Shown here: piece after piece, positions 1-10,669 of the stretch
Layout of the letters: every line of letters starts with the position of its first letter
Numbering within the stretch: the stretch's first letter is position 1
Assembly (NCBI GenBank): GCA_038087875.1
Contig: JAXLNO010000237.1
Location: 62,001-92,453, forward strand
DNA from: Malacoraja senta
Taxonomy: Eukaryota
Direction of reading: 5' to 3'
DNA length: 30,453 bases
The notes under the pieces: generated by a model
The model's input: the letters and a program-made list of their open reading frames with translations, nothing else
Database searches by the model: none
Told to the model about the DNA's origin: nothing
Program-made: the position numbers and the translations under genes

Positions 1-65
1 CCATTCCTTCTCTTTAGAGATGCTGCCTGTCCCGCTGAGTTACTCCAGCTTATTGTGTCTATCTT
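1..65 (+). mobile_element. Partial arm of the Penelope-like fold-back repeat (cut by the window edge)
   Basis: GAGATGCTGCCTGTCCCGCTGAGTTACTCCAGC..TGTGTCTATCTT matches the arm at 20222-20287. Confidence 0.75.
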
Positions 66-542
66 AGTTTTGCATACAGCTCAGCAAGACTATCACTGTG
101 CATAAGCACAATCCCCCGGTTAGTACAGAAGATACAGAACAGCTCACTGAGCCAAATGCAAGAGGTGCCTTTTTGGAGCCACATTTTACAGTCCCAGCTG
201 CATCTGGCCACAAAGGCCCATTGTAGCCGTCGCCTCCATTCCGGTTGCCCCGTGAATAGTCGTCCCCTCTCCTTGCATGGCCCTCTTCAGCCCTTTATTC
301 CCTGGGGGACACCTCTCGCCGCTGACCTTGAGGGTGCGGAAGGTAAGCCCCCCCCCCCTCCAAGTTCCTACTGGGCCTTCTGTCCAGCATCCGCAGCTGT
401 CTCCCTCCATCCTCCTCCCCGCTGCTTTGCTCTACAAGCGGGTTCACAGTTCCACAGCAGGCGAGGCCGGCCTGCCATTGGGATATGGAGTAACTCGCAG
501 CTCGTTGGGAGTCCTTCTAGCCACATGCGGCTCGCTGGAGAA

Positions 543-645
543 TGTAGATATAAAGAACTGCAGATGTTGGTTAATACACAAAAGGACACACAGTGCTGGA
601 GTAACTCAGCAGGTCAAGCAGCATCTCTGGAGAAAATGGATAGGT
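543..645 (-). mobile_element. Penelope-like fold-back repeat, left arm; continues at 3098-3135 after the Gypsy insertion, with the inverted arm at about 3283-3375
   Basis: GAACTGCAGATG..TGCTGGAGTAACTCAGC..GCAGCATCTCTGGAGAAAATGGATAGGT joins GACGTTTCGGTCGAGACCCTTCTTAAGACTGA, as in the uninterrupted copy at 20908-21042. Confidence 0.8.
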
Positions 646-873
646 TGTAGCGGCGCCTGCTGGCGCACGCAGGTATCGAACCCGGTGTTCGGAAGCCGCG
701 GTCACGTGACTCGGGAGGGGCTGCTGTTTTTCCGCGTGGTTTTGCTTTCGCGCGACAGTTCAGTGCTGACCACCGTTGTGGCCAGACGTGTTGTGAGAGC
801 CTGTGAACTGAGCAGATATTTTCTGAATAAAAATACGTTTGAAAACTCAGTTGTCTTACTTGCGGCCGCCAAA
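646..873 (+). repeat. 5' LTR
   Basis: Starts TGTAGCGGC and ends GCCGCCAAA (imperfect inverted termini). Contains AATAAA near 826. Roughly 90% identical to 2871-3097 by eye. Confidence 0.9.
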
Positions 874-874
874 T

Positions 875-887
875 TGGTGACCCCGAC
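875..887 (+). promoter_or_regulatory. Primer binding site complementary to the tRNA-Trp 3' end
   Basis: TGGTGACCCCGAC directly after the 5' LTR matches the first 13 nt of the known tRNA-Trp PBS TGGTGACCCCGACGTGAT. Confidence 0.85.
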
Positions 888-974
888 CTGTCTAGCCGTC
901 GTTAGACAAGCAGATCATGCAGGAAGACTACGTTCCTGCAGAATCGGCCGGCACGCGGCAGGGCTCACCGGATC

Positions 975-2860
975 TGGTCCAAGCAGGCGGAGAAGGCATT
1001 CAAGGGGGCTAAGACAGCATTGGCCAACGCCACTATGGTGGAACACCCTAGGGCGTCAGCCCAAACGGCCCTCACCGTGGACGCATCCGACGTCGCGGTA
1101 GGTGCCGTCCTCGAACAACGTGTAGATAGCCGCTGGCTGGCATTTTTCAGCAGGCAACTGCGAGCCCCCGAAGTTAAGTATAGCGCTTTCGATCGGGAAC
1201 TCCTCGCGCTCTACCAGCGATCCACGATTTCCGTTACTTCCTGGAGGAGTGCGCATTCACGGACCACAAGCCACTCACGTTCGCTTTGACCAACGTGTCA
1301 GATCCCTGGTCTGCCAGGCAACAGAGGCACCTTGCCTACATTTCCGAATTCACATCTGATATTCGTCATGTGGCGGGAAAGCTGAACGTTGTGGCTGACA
1401 CGTTGTCCCGTCCGGCAGCCCCCAAAGTTTCAGCGTTATGTCTAGGCATGGATTATGAGGAGCTGGCCGCTGCCCAACAGGTAGATGCCGGTATGGAGGT
1501 TTACCACAATGCTGAATCAGGACTTAAGCTGGCTAAGGTGCCCTGCGGCGTCGCCGGCTTGCGAGTCCTTTGCGATGTCTCCACGGGCAAAGCCCACCCC
1601 ATTGTCGCGGTTGCTTGGAGGTGTCGGATTTTCGACACCATCCACAGCCTAGCGCACCCGTCCATTCGCGCCACCTCTGCTTTGGTCGTGGCCATGTTTG
1701 TCTGGCATGGGTTGAGGAAGCAGGTCGCTGAATGGGCCCGTTCTTGCATCCCCTGACAGACTTCCAAGGTACAGAGACATGTGTGCCCACCCGTGCAAGA
1801 TTTCGCAGTCCCGGACGGCAGGTTCCTGCACATCCATGTCGACCTGGTGGGTTCCTTGCCGTGTTCGCGCGGGGCTACTCACCTACTGACTATCGTGGAC
1901 AGGTTTACCAGGTGGGCAGAGGCAATACCGTTAACGGATACCTCCGCTGAGGCTTGTGCGCGGGCCATCGTCTCACATAGGATCGCTCATTTCGGGGTTC
2001 CTTCCGATATCACTACTGATCGAGGGGCCCAGTTCACGTCCTCCCTGTGGAGTGGTATGGAGCAGCTGTATGGCGCGAAGCTGCACCAGACCACCGCGTA
2101 TCACCCAGAGTCTAACGGTTTGGTTGTGCGTTTCCACAGGCACCTCAAGTCGGTGTTGAAAGCTCGGCTCACCGGCCCAGATTGGGTCGACCAGTTGCCT
2201 TGGGTCCTCCTAGGCATCAGATCCACGCCTAAGGAGGACCTCAACACCTCCTCAGCCGAGCTGGTTTACAGCTCGGTTTTGCGAGTACCTGGGGATTTTT
2301 TGCCCATCCCCCGGGATCAGGAGATCCCGGCTTCGGCGGTGTTAGCTGACCTTCGCTAGCGGGCGCGCGCGCGCTTTGGTCCCGGTTCCCACTTCCCGGC
2401 ATGGTTCATCTGCGGTGCATGTGCCTCATATGTTACGGGATTGTGCTTATGTTTTCCTTCGTAGGGATGCTCACCGCTCGCCATTATAGCGGGTGTACGA
2501 AGGTCCGTACAGGGTGCTGAGGACTGGTACCTCGACGTTTACATTGGACATGGGTGGCATGGAGGAGTTCGTCTCCGTGAGCCGCCTTAAGCCAGCACAC
2601 GTCGACGAGGATAGCCCGGTGGCGGTGGCCAATCCGCGGCGTAGAGGACGTCCACCGGCCGTTTTTCCGCCCTCTGCACCTGTTACCACCGGTTATGTTT
2701 CTCCGGTTCCCTCTGTTACGCCCGTCCCTCGTTCGCGTTTTTTGCGTCCCTCCGGGTCTGTTTTGTCGGCCCCTATTGTTGCGCTCGCCCTGCGCCTTCG
2801 GACTACGCGTTCCGGTCGAACCGTCCGGTTACTCGTGCGTTTCCGTACCGTGGATTCTGG
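975..2860 (+). pseudogene. pol: Disrupted Gypsy pol remnant: RT-RNase H connection, RNase H, HHCC zinc finger, integrase core, GPY/F motif
   Basis: Motifs TVDASDVAVGAVLEQ, YSAFDRELLA, HVAGKLNVVADTLSR, HSLAHP..WARSCIP*, HIHVDLVG, TTDRGAQFTS, TTAYHPESNGLVVRFHR and YEGPYRV. Frameshifts near 1215-1290, stops at 1754-1756 and 2357-2359, and the catalytic Glu of DDE appears as Val. Confidence 0.9.
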
Positions 2861-2870
2861 GTGGGGGCCA

Positions 2871-3097
2871 TGTTATACCCGCCTGCTGGCGCACGCAGGT
2901 ATCGAACCCGGCGTTCGGAAGCCGCGGTCACGTGACTCGGGAGGGGCTGCTGGTTTTCGCGCGGTTTTGCTTTCGCACGGCAGTTCAGTGCTGACCACCG
3001 TTGTGGCCAGCCGTGTTGTGAGAGCCTGTGAACGAGAAGATATTTTCTGAATAAAAATTCGTTTGAAAACTCAGTTGTCGTTTTTGCGACTGCCAAA
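2871..3097 (+). repeat. 3' LTR, preceded by a polypurine-like tract (GGGTGGGGG, 2859-2867)
   Basis: Direct repeat of 646-873. Starts TGTTATACCC, ends GCCAAA and is followed by the AGGT TSD. Confidence 0.9.
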
Positions 3098-3154
3098 AGG
3101 TGACGTTTCGGTCGAGACCCTTCTTAAGACTGACAAACCAAGACGTTTCAGTAT

Positions 3155-3274
3155 CTTCTTCTTGCCTATGGAGTGCACAGCCTAAAGTTTGAGAACAACT
3201 TGTTCTATTTTATCTTATATGATTGCATTCGTAGAAACGGGGCTGACCACGTGAAGGCTGCAATCTTCCACCCA
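3155..3274 (-). mobile_element. 120-bp SINE-like retroposon with (AAG)n tail and 12-bp TSD
   Basis: Flanked by ACGTTTCAGTAT (3143-3154) and ACGTTTCAGAAT (3275-3286). The minus-strand 3' end is ..GCAAGAAGAAG. Internal palindrome AGAACAA-C-TTGTTCT at 3192-3206. No Pol III A/B boxes seen. Confidence 0.75.
3221..3274 (-). ncRNA. Candidate HDV/CPEB3-like self-cleaving ribozyme (minimal, P4 nearly absent; this copy has a degenerate P1)
   Basis: Minus strand parses as P1 (T)GGGTGG, AA, P2 GATTGCA, P3 GCC, L3 TTCACGT, P3' GGT, P1' CAGCCCC, G, TTTCTA, J4/2 CGAA, P2' TGCAATC. Confidence 0.7.
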
Positions 3275-4055
3275 ACGTTTCAGAATGAAGAAGGGTCTCA
3301 GCCAGAAACATCACCCAGCCATGTTCTTCAGAGCTGCTGCCTGACCTGCTGGGTTACTCCAGCACTTTGTGACCTTATGTGGTATGTTTATATTGAGGTA
3401 TAATGTTTATGGTTTAGGGCAATGTTTATGTTAATAGTGCACGATGACAGGTGATCATGAGGTTTCACATGTTGGCAGCGACTGGCATGTTTACGAGGAA
3501 AAGTGTTCATTATTTGGAGGTGTATATTATGAGATACAGTACCAAGAGGTCTGCACTCCTACCAAACACAGTGACAATCATCTCCACGTCATGTTACATT
3601 ATGCAATTATGAACAGTCTCATATTGCACAGGGGATTCCACATATAAATGGTAAATGGGCTACCCTGAATAATATCAGGACATCTTGTGACTGATATATA
3701 AACAAATGAACTGACACAAAAGTATAACAGCCACAGTCACCTTACCAATGAACTCAAATTAACTTAATCTTACCATGGAGTGATTTTCCTGGCAAGAACT
3801 TCTGGGAGGTGCAGAATTTCATAATATGACAGTTGATTCTATAACACAGTGGAAGAACCAAGAGGTCTTACAGTATTATAAACTGAAAGAACTATTAATT
3901 AAACATTGAAGTAGCAGAAAGTTCATATTTCCAATATATATATATAGTTGGTATACATCAGTTATTTTAATAAGCTGCCTTCAGAAGCCATTGTATAAAC
4001 AGAGGAAACAGCCAAGGAACTAACTCTAAGAGTGCATAAAACAAGACATGCTTTA

Positions 4056-4578
4056 CAAGCAGTGCTCAGATTATGGCTGGAATTAATTCATGAGAACTGT
4101 TCATAAGCCAAACTGTTCGTAAGTCAGAATTGATCAAAACACTGTCGGGGAGAGGATCACAGACACAGCTGTGACAGGAGAGCGAGCAGGCATGAGGAGA
4201 GCAGCCTGCAGTGGCCTCACTGACTCACTGATTAGGTCTGCTCAGTGCTCCCAGATTTGTTCAGGTCAATCAAGGCCCTGGTTATTAAGAGTTAGGGTGG
4301 AGGTGGTGGGTAGAAAGAGAAGGCATGAAGAAGTTCCCTGTTTCCACCTGGCAGAAGATGCCTGCATCCCCAAAAGCCAATATATGCTTCTCCATCCACC
4401 CTGCCAGCCCCCCAAATTTTGGGTATTCTGTAACTTGGCTTGTTTCCTGGCCATCCACAAGGCACAAGATGGAAGGAAATATTCACCACCACCCTGAATG
4501 AACCCAGCTGCAACACCACCTAGGAACACAGTGGATAGTGTCCATGAATCGTGTATTGGTAACCCTGGGGAGGACCTG
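4056..4578. mobile_element. Possible old Tigger/pogo-like MITE
   Basis: TA-CAAGCAGTGCTCAGATTAT start, internal GTTCGTAAGTC motif, end GGTAACCCTGGGGAGGACCTG. The TIR match is weak. Confidence 0.3.
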
Positions 4579-4697
4579 CATCTGTTAATTTGTTCTGAGT
4601 AATATGTTCTCTTGCATTAGCATTGCTCCTAGGTAGCCTTTGATCGTCCACCATCGAAGGGATCTACAGAAGGCCCTGCCTCAAAAGGCAGCCTATA

Positions 4698-5037
4698 ACA
4701 TGCTCATATTTCACTCCTACCATCAAAATGAAGATACAGGAGTCTGAAAACCATGACCACCAGGTTCAAGAATAGCTTCTCCCCAACAACCATCAGACTC
4801 TTGAGGACTACACATCACTGACCTTGACTATTAACTTCTATGGACTTCAATCTTTGGTTGCACTAAGGATGTTGTTTTTTTTTGTTTTTTTTTGTACTAG
4901 TATTGTAGTTATCAATTTATTGAATTTGTTTATTATATATTATCTAGGTATATTGCGTTCACATGCCTGTTATGCTGTTACAAGTAAGATATGTCATTGT
5001 TCTTTGGTCGGTACATATAATAATTAAACTCCTTTGA
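4698..5037 (+). mobile_element. Rex1/Babar-type LINE 3' fragment
   Basis: Degenerate HAHISLLPS..YRSLKTMTTRFKNSFSPTTIRLL, homologous to the ORF end at 9360-9487, followed by a T-rich 3' UTR. Confidence 0.7.
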
Positions 5038-5608
5038 TTATGCACAACTGCTACCATTGAGAAATAACACACAGATCTTGGATTTAAATTCCTTCAGGCC
5101 ACAGCTGAGATGAGAGCAATGTAGTAATAGAGTTGGGTCCTAAAGTAACTAATGATTTTTCACTGGGACTAACACCTTCAGCTGCCATTTCTTTCATTTC
5201 AATTAAGAGGCCAATGCTTCAGCATATATTTAGAAAAACCCTACAAAGGTATCATGAGATTGGTGCGAAAAGAACATTACATCTGCAAGAAGGGAGCCTT
5301 CCTACTTCTTGTAACCCATCCCAGATAGATGGATTAGCTTTATTCTCTGGCAGAAACATTCCATAAACTAGGTTACTTCGATTTACTGCGCCCCCATTAA
5401 GGACATTGGACTTAGTGATGTGCTACAATGCTGAGAAGTATATTATGTACTCTGTATCTTCCCCTATTGTAATTGCATTTGATCTAATTGTATCCATATA
5501 TGTCTGAACTGTTACTTAGTACATGTGGACAAACCTACATAAATTTAAATAATTCCCACAAATAGTCATTTGTTGGCACAGGACACATTGAGTAGAAAAT
5601 TGGTTTTA

Positions 5609-5770
5609 CTAGAATCATACAGCTCTACAGCATGGAAACAGGCCCTTTGGCCCAACCTATCCATACTGACCAAGTTGGCATTCTGGGCTGGTCCATTTGC
5701 CTGCATTTGCCCATATCGCTCCAACCCCTTCCTATAAATAGTTATGTCCAATGTCTTTTGAATGAAGGAA
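5609..5770 (-). mobile_element. CR1-type LINE 3' end fragment
   Basis: CAGCATGGAAACAGGCCCTTTGGCCCAAC tail motif, shared with the other CR1 and SINE tails in the window. Confidence 0.65.
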
Positions 5771-5924
5771 TGTTTACTTTAGCTGCCTCTCGTGACAGTA
5801 AATGAAGCTTTGCCAATGTAATTACGGAAGACTCCATTAGGAGAGGCAGTGCATGGTGCAACAGAGGTAGAATGGGTGTACATGGAGGTTGTGTTCTGGT
5901 GCGTTTCTCGATGGTATTGGAACT

Positions 5925-6045
5925 GTTTAGTTTACTGTCACGTGTACCGAGCGACAGTGGAAAGTTTTTGTTGCGTGCGAACCAGTCAGTGGAAAGACAA
6001 CGCATGATTACAATTGAGCCATTCACAGTGTACAGATGCACGTAC
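5925..6045 (-). mobile_element. LINE 3' UTR fragment (same family as 11836-11956 plus 13126-13237)
   Basis: TGTCACGTGTACCGAGCGACAGTGGAAAG..CCAGTCAG..GTGTACAGAT repeats at 11851-11953. Confidence 0.6.
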
Positions 6046-6080
6046 TTATTGAGGCGAGTGAAAAGGGGCCCCTCACGCTC

Positions 6081-7600
6081 CAAGTCAAGAGTCAAGTCAA
6101 GAGAGTTTATTGTCATGTGTCCCAGATAGGACAATGAAATTCTTTCTTGCTGCAGCATAACAGAATTTAGTAAGCATAAATACAGAACAGTTCAGTGTGT
6201 CTATATAGCAGAGACCATATATGTACACATAAATAAACAGATAAAGTGCAATAGGCTGTTATAGTTCAGAGTTTGTTTGATGGCGAGGTTAATGGCCCGA
6301 TGGCTGTGGGGAAGAAGCTGTTCATGAACCTGGATGTACCCGATTTCAGGTTCCTGTACCTTCTACCTGATGGCAGCGGAGAGATGAGTGTGTGGCCAGG
6401 ATGGTGTTGGTCCTTGATGATGCTGGCAGCCTTTTTGAGGCAGCAACTGCGATAGATCCCTTCGATGGTGGTGAAGTCAGAGTCGATGATGGACTGGGCA
6501 GTGTTTACAACTTTCTGCATTCTTTTCCGCTCCTGGACGCTCAAGTTGCCGAACCAACCCACGATGCAACCAGTCAGCATGCTCTCTACTGTGCACCTGT
6601 AGAAGTTCGAGAGAGATCTCTTTGACAGACCAACTCTCCGTAATCTTCTCAGGAAGAAGAGGCGCTGATGTGCTTTCTTTATAATTGCATCAGTGTGCTG
6701 GGACCAGGAAAGATCTTCGGAAATATGCACGCCAAGGAATTTGAAGTTCTTGACCCTTTCCACCATCGTCCCGTTGATATAAACGGGATTGTGGGTCCCT
6801 ATCCTACCCCTTCCAAAGTCCACAATCAGTTCCTTGGTTTTGCTGGTGTTGTGAGCCAGGTTATTGTGCTGGCACCATTTGGTCAATCGGTCGATCTCAC
6901 TTCTATACTCTGACTCATCACCATCTGTGATTCGTCCAACAACAGTGGTGTCGTCGGCGAACTTGATGATGGAGTTCGCACTATGTCCGGCTACGCAGTC
7001 ATGAGTATAGAGTGAGTACAGCAGGAGGCTGAGCACGCAGCCTTGAGGTGCTCCCGTGCTGATTGTTATCGAGGATGACACATTTCCACCAATACGGACA
7101 GACTGTGGTCTGTGGATGAGGAAGTCGAGGATCCAATTGCAGAGGGATGCGCAGAGACCCAGTTCTGCAAGTTTGGTAACCAGCTTGGAGGGGATGATCG
7201 TATTAAACGCCGAGCTGTAGTCAATGAATAACAGCCTGACATGTGAGTTTTTGTTGTCCAAGTGATCCAGAGCGGAGTGGAGAGCCAGCGAGATCGCATC
7301 CATCGTTGATCTGTTGTGGCGATAAGCGAACTGCAGTGGGTCGAGGTTCTTGTCGAGGTATGCGCCATGATCAACCTCTCAAAGCACTACATCACCACAG
7401 ACGTTAGTGCCACTGGTCGATAGTCATTGATGCACGTCACCTTGCTCTTCTTGATGCCCTTTTAAAGAAGGTGGGAACCTCATACCTCAGAAGTGAGAGG
7501 TTGAAAATGTCCATAAAAACTCCAGCCAGTTGGTCCGCACAGGTTTTTAGAACACGACCGGGTATGCCATCAGGTCCAGGCGCTTTCCGAGGGTTCAGAG
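6081..7600 (-). mobile_element. 5'-truncated Rex1/Babar-type LINE with a 345-codon open RT segment (7303-6266)
   Basis: RT motifs [35 protein letters not shown] and FKFLGVHI. Upstream [20 protein letters not shown] with internal deletions near 7350 and 7450. AATAAA and a (CTTGA)n-like tail at 6081-6111. Confidence 0.9.
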
Positions 7601-7820
7601 TTGTGTTGTGTGGATGGGGAGACTTTTGGAGGACCAGGATGCAAGCTATCTGCCACAGAACCCCTAGCGTCTGACGTACTCCAATAGGTACAATGTTTAT
7701 GTGGCTGGTACGCAAAAATATGTAAATCCACTTATGTGAATTTTCACTCTGCCAAGAAAAGTAGCACGTGTGAATTTACATCCTCTCAAACCAAAGTAGA
7801 ATTAATTAGTATTCAAAGTC

Positions 7821-9680
7821 GCTGGCAACGCTGAGGGATACAGCTCATCCAGGGCCAATCTGAAAAAGGGAATTAGGAATGCTAAACTCAATCACAAACG
7901 GCGGATCGAGGAGCATTTCCAAAACAACTCCGACCCTAGGCGCATGTGGCAAGGAATCAAATCCATTGCCGATTACCATAAAGTTAACACCCCCCCCCAG
8001 ATAACGCCTTCCTTCCTGACGAGCTAAACCACTTCTATGCTCGCTTTGACCAGGACAACAAAACTCCAGCCATCAAAGTTGCTCCACCCCCGAACGAACA
8101 ACCCCTCAGTCTCTCCACCTCTGCTGTACAAGATGCACTGAGCAAGGTGAATGAGCACAAAGCTGCCGGCCCCGATGGCATCCCCGGGCGGGTGCTCAGG
8201 ACATGTGCTGGACAACTATCCCTGGTCTTCACTGACATTTTCAATCTGTCACTGGCCCAGGGTGTCGTCCCCACTTGCCTCAAGACATCAACCATTGTGC
8301 CAGTGCCCAAACAATCAGCTACAGGGAGTCTCAACGACTTCCGCCCAGTGGCACTCACCCCTGTCATTGCAAAGTGCTTTGAGCGGCTGATCCTGGCTCA
8401 CCTCAAAGCCAGCCTCCCCCCCACACTGGACCCCCATCAGTTTGCCTACCGGACCAACAGGTCTACAGAGGACGCCATACACTCTGCCCTGACCCACCTG
8501 GACAGCAATAACACCTACATCAGGTTGCTGTTCATTGATTTCAGCTCCGCCTTTAACACTGTCATCCCCGCTAGTTGATCACCAAACTCAGCGGACTTGG
8601 CATCTCCACCCCTCTGCAATTGGACACTGGATTTCCCCACCAACAGACCACAGTCTGTTAGGGTCAACAACCTCACCTCCTCCACTATAACACTGAACAC
8701 CGGCGTGCCATAGGGCTGTGTGCTCAGCCCTCTCCTCTACTCCCTCTTCACCCATGACTGCATCCCTAAGAATGGCTCCAACGCCATCATTAAATTTGCC
8801 GACGACACCACGGTGGTAGGACTGATCAGTGACAACGACGAGTCAGCCTACAGGGAGGAGGTCCAGCACCTGGCAGCCTGGTGTGCCAACAATAACCTTG
8901 TCCTCAACTCCAAGAAGACGAAGGAAATTATTGTTGACTTAAGGAAGATCAGAGGGGGCAGACATACCCCCATCCATATAAACGGGACTGAGGTGGAGCG
9001 TGTCTCCAACTACAAATTCCTCGGGGTACACATCTCGGAGGATCTGTCCTGGTCCCTCAATACCTCCAAACTGATCAAAAAGGCGCAGCAACGCCTTTAC
9101 CTCCTGAGGAGGCTCAAGAAAGCTCACCTGTCCCCCCAGATCCTGACCAACTTTTACCGCTGTACCATCAAAAGCATCCTGACCACCTGCATCACGGTAT
9201 GGTACAGCAGTTGCACGGTAGCTGACAGGAAGGCACTACAACGAGTGGTGAAAACCGCTCAGTACATCATCGGTGCCCCGCTCCCTGCAATGGATGCCCT
9301 CCACCGAAATCGGTGTCTGAGACGGGCCGGGAAGATCATCAAGGACCCCTCCCACCCTAACCATGGACTGTTTGCCCTCCCTCCATCAGGGAGGCGGTAC
9401 AGAAGCCTCAGGTCTCGTACAAGTAGGATGAGGAACAGCTTCTTCAACAACACTATCACATTGCTGAACTCGGAGTCCCGCCGATAGATTTCTCCAGTCT
9501 CTCCGTCCACATTGTTTGCTTATTCTGTATTTTTATTCTGTATATTATTCTTATTCTGTATTTTTATTTCTATATTGCACTATTACTAGGAACAGACGCT
9601 AAACTGCATTTCGTTGTACCCATACTTGTATCTGTGCAATGACAATAAAGTTGAATTGAATTGAATTGAATTGAATTGAA
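7821..9680 (+). mobile_element. 5'-truncated Rex1/Babar-type LINE (different subfamily), disrupted RT
   Basis: [34 protein letters not shown] and [10 protein letters not shown] motifs. Frameshift near 8575 and TAG in place of the PQG Gln at 8711. AATAAA at 9644 and a (TTGAA)n tail at 9652-9680. Confidence 0.9.
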
Positions 9681-10219
9681 GTCAAGCAGCTTGATGACCA
9701 TTAGGTTCTGACACAACAATCGGAAGGAAATTGCAGGGAGATAATATAGTTTCAGTATTATTGGATAACTAGCTAAGAGCAAATTCTAAAGCTGTAGCAC
9801 AAAGGAGTTATTCTAAACCCAGAGATTTAGTTTCAGCAAGACATTCTCTTCAGCTTTTCTTTGCTAAATGTATGGTCTTTTTTTTGTTAAGAATAAATTA
9901 ATTATTCAGGTCCATCTCACACTACCCATAATTTGATAGGAAGCCAGTTTGGTTATAATACATATCCTTTCACGCAAGTGGAAAATAAGATGTGCTGGCC
10001 TTGATTTCCAGAGTATCTTGCCCCCCCCAATAATCATTAAGCCTTGATTGAAATAGGGTAGAAAACAATAGCAGCAGTTCTCCACCTATACTCAGTTGCC
10101 TTAAGGTGGGGTTTTCCTGAATGCTCTAAGTCTGTGTGCCAAAGGCTTTCCCACCATAGTGTTACCATGACTTTGACACAGTGACAATGAACTCTTTGGG
10201 TCCATACGTGTTTTGAAAT

Positions 10220-10531
10220 TGGCAAAGGCATGGGGTTATAGATATTGTAGACAGCAGACACTGAAGTCCTATGGCAAAGGCATGGGTTTATAGATATTGT
10301 AGACAGCAGACACTGGAGTTATATGGCAAAGCCATGGGTTTATAGATATTGTAGACAGCAGACACTGGAGTCCTATGGCAAAGGCATGGGTTTATAGATA
10401 TTGTAGACAGCAGACACTGGAGTCCTATGGCAAAGGCATGGGTTTATAGATATTGTAGACAGCAGACACTGGAATCCTATGGCAAAGGCATGGGTTTATA
10501 GATATTGTAGACAGCAGACACTGGAATCCTA
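10220..10531. repeat. Minisatellite, 6 x 52 bp
   Basis: Unit TGGCAAAGGCATGGGTTTATAGATATTGTAGACAGCAGACACTGGAGTCCTA starts at 10220, 10272, 10324, 10376, 10428 and 10480, with only a few substitutions between units and no spacers. Confidence 0.97.
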
Positions 10532-10658
10532 TGCAAAACACAAAGTGCTGGAGTAGCTCAGCGACTCAGACAGCAATAAGTTAATAAAATGCCAATGCTG
10601 ACTCTAAATTGAAGGAAACACTCTAAATGCGAACATGTTTGTTAAACCACCAATTCTC

Positions 10659-10669
10659 TTTATTTTATT
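10659..10669 (-). promoter_or_regulatory. Candidate polyadenylation signals (two overlapping AATAAA) of the tektin mRNA
   Basis: The + strand reads TTTATT at 10659-10664 and 10664-10669, about 90 bp past the stop codon. Confidence 0.5.

Larger units (their letters stand above)
646..3097 (+). mobile_element. Ty3/Gypsy LTR retrotransposon, internally deleted (lacks most of gag, protease and RT core)
   Basis: Two ~228-bp direct repeats (646-873, 2871-3097), PBS after the 5' LTR, G-rich PPT before the 3' LTR, RNase H then integrase order, and a 4-bp TSD AGGT (642-645 / 3098-3101) that splits a host repeat. Confidence 0.93.

Noticed and set aside
156..1101. Long ORFs 156-650 and 277-1101 as host genes
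   Set aside because: They run through a repeat arm and the LTR, show no recognisable domain, and are explained by GC-rich sequence.
1781..2359. Domesticated integrase gene
   Set aside because: It is flanked by in-frame stops, the second Cys of HHCC is a stop, the catalytic Glu is Val, and it sits between LTRs.
10220..10531. CRISPR-like array
   Set aside because: The units are contiguous with no unique spacers, there are no cas genes, and the context is eukaryotic.
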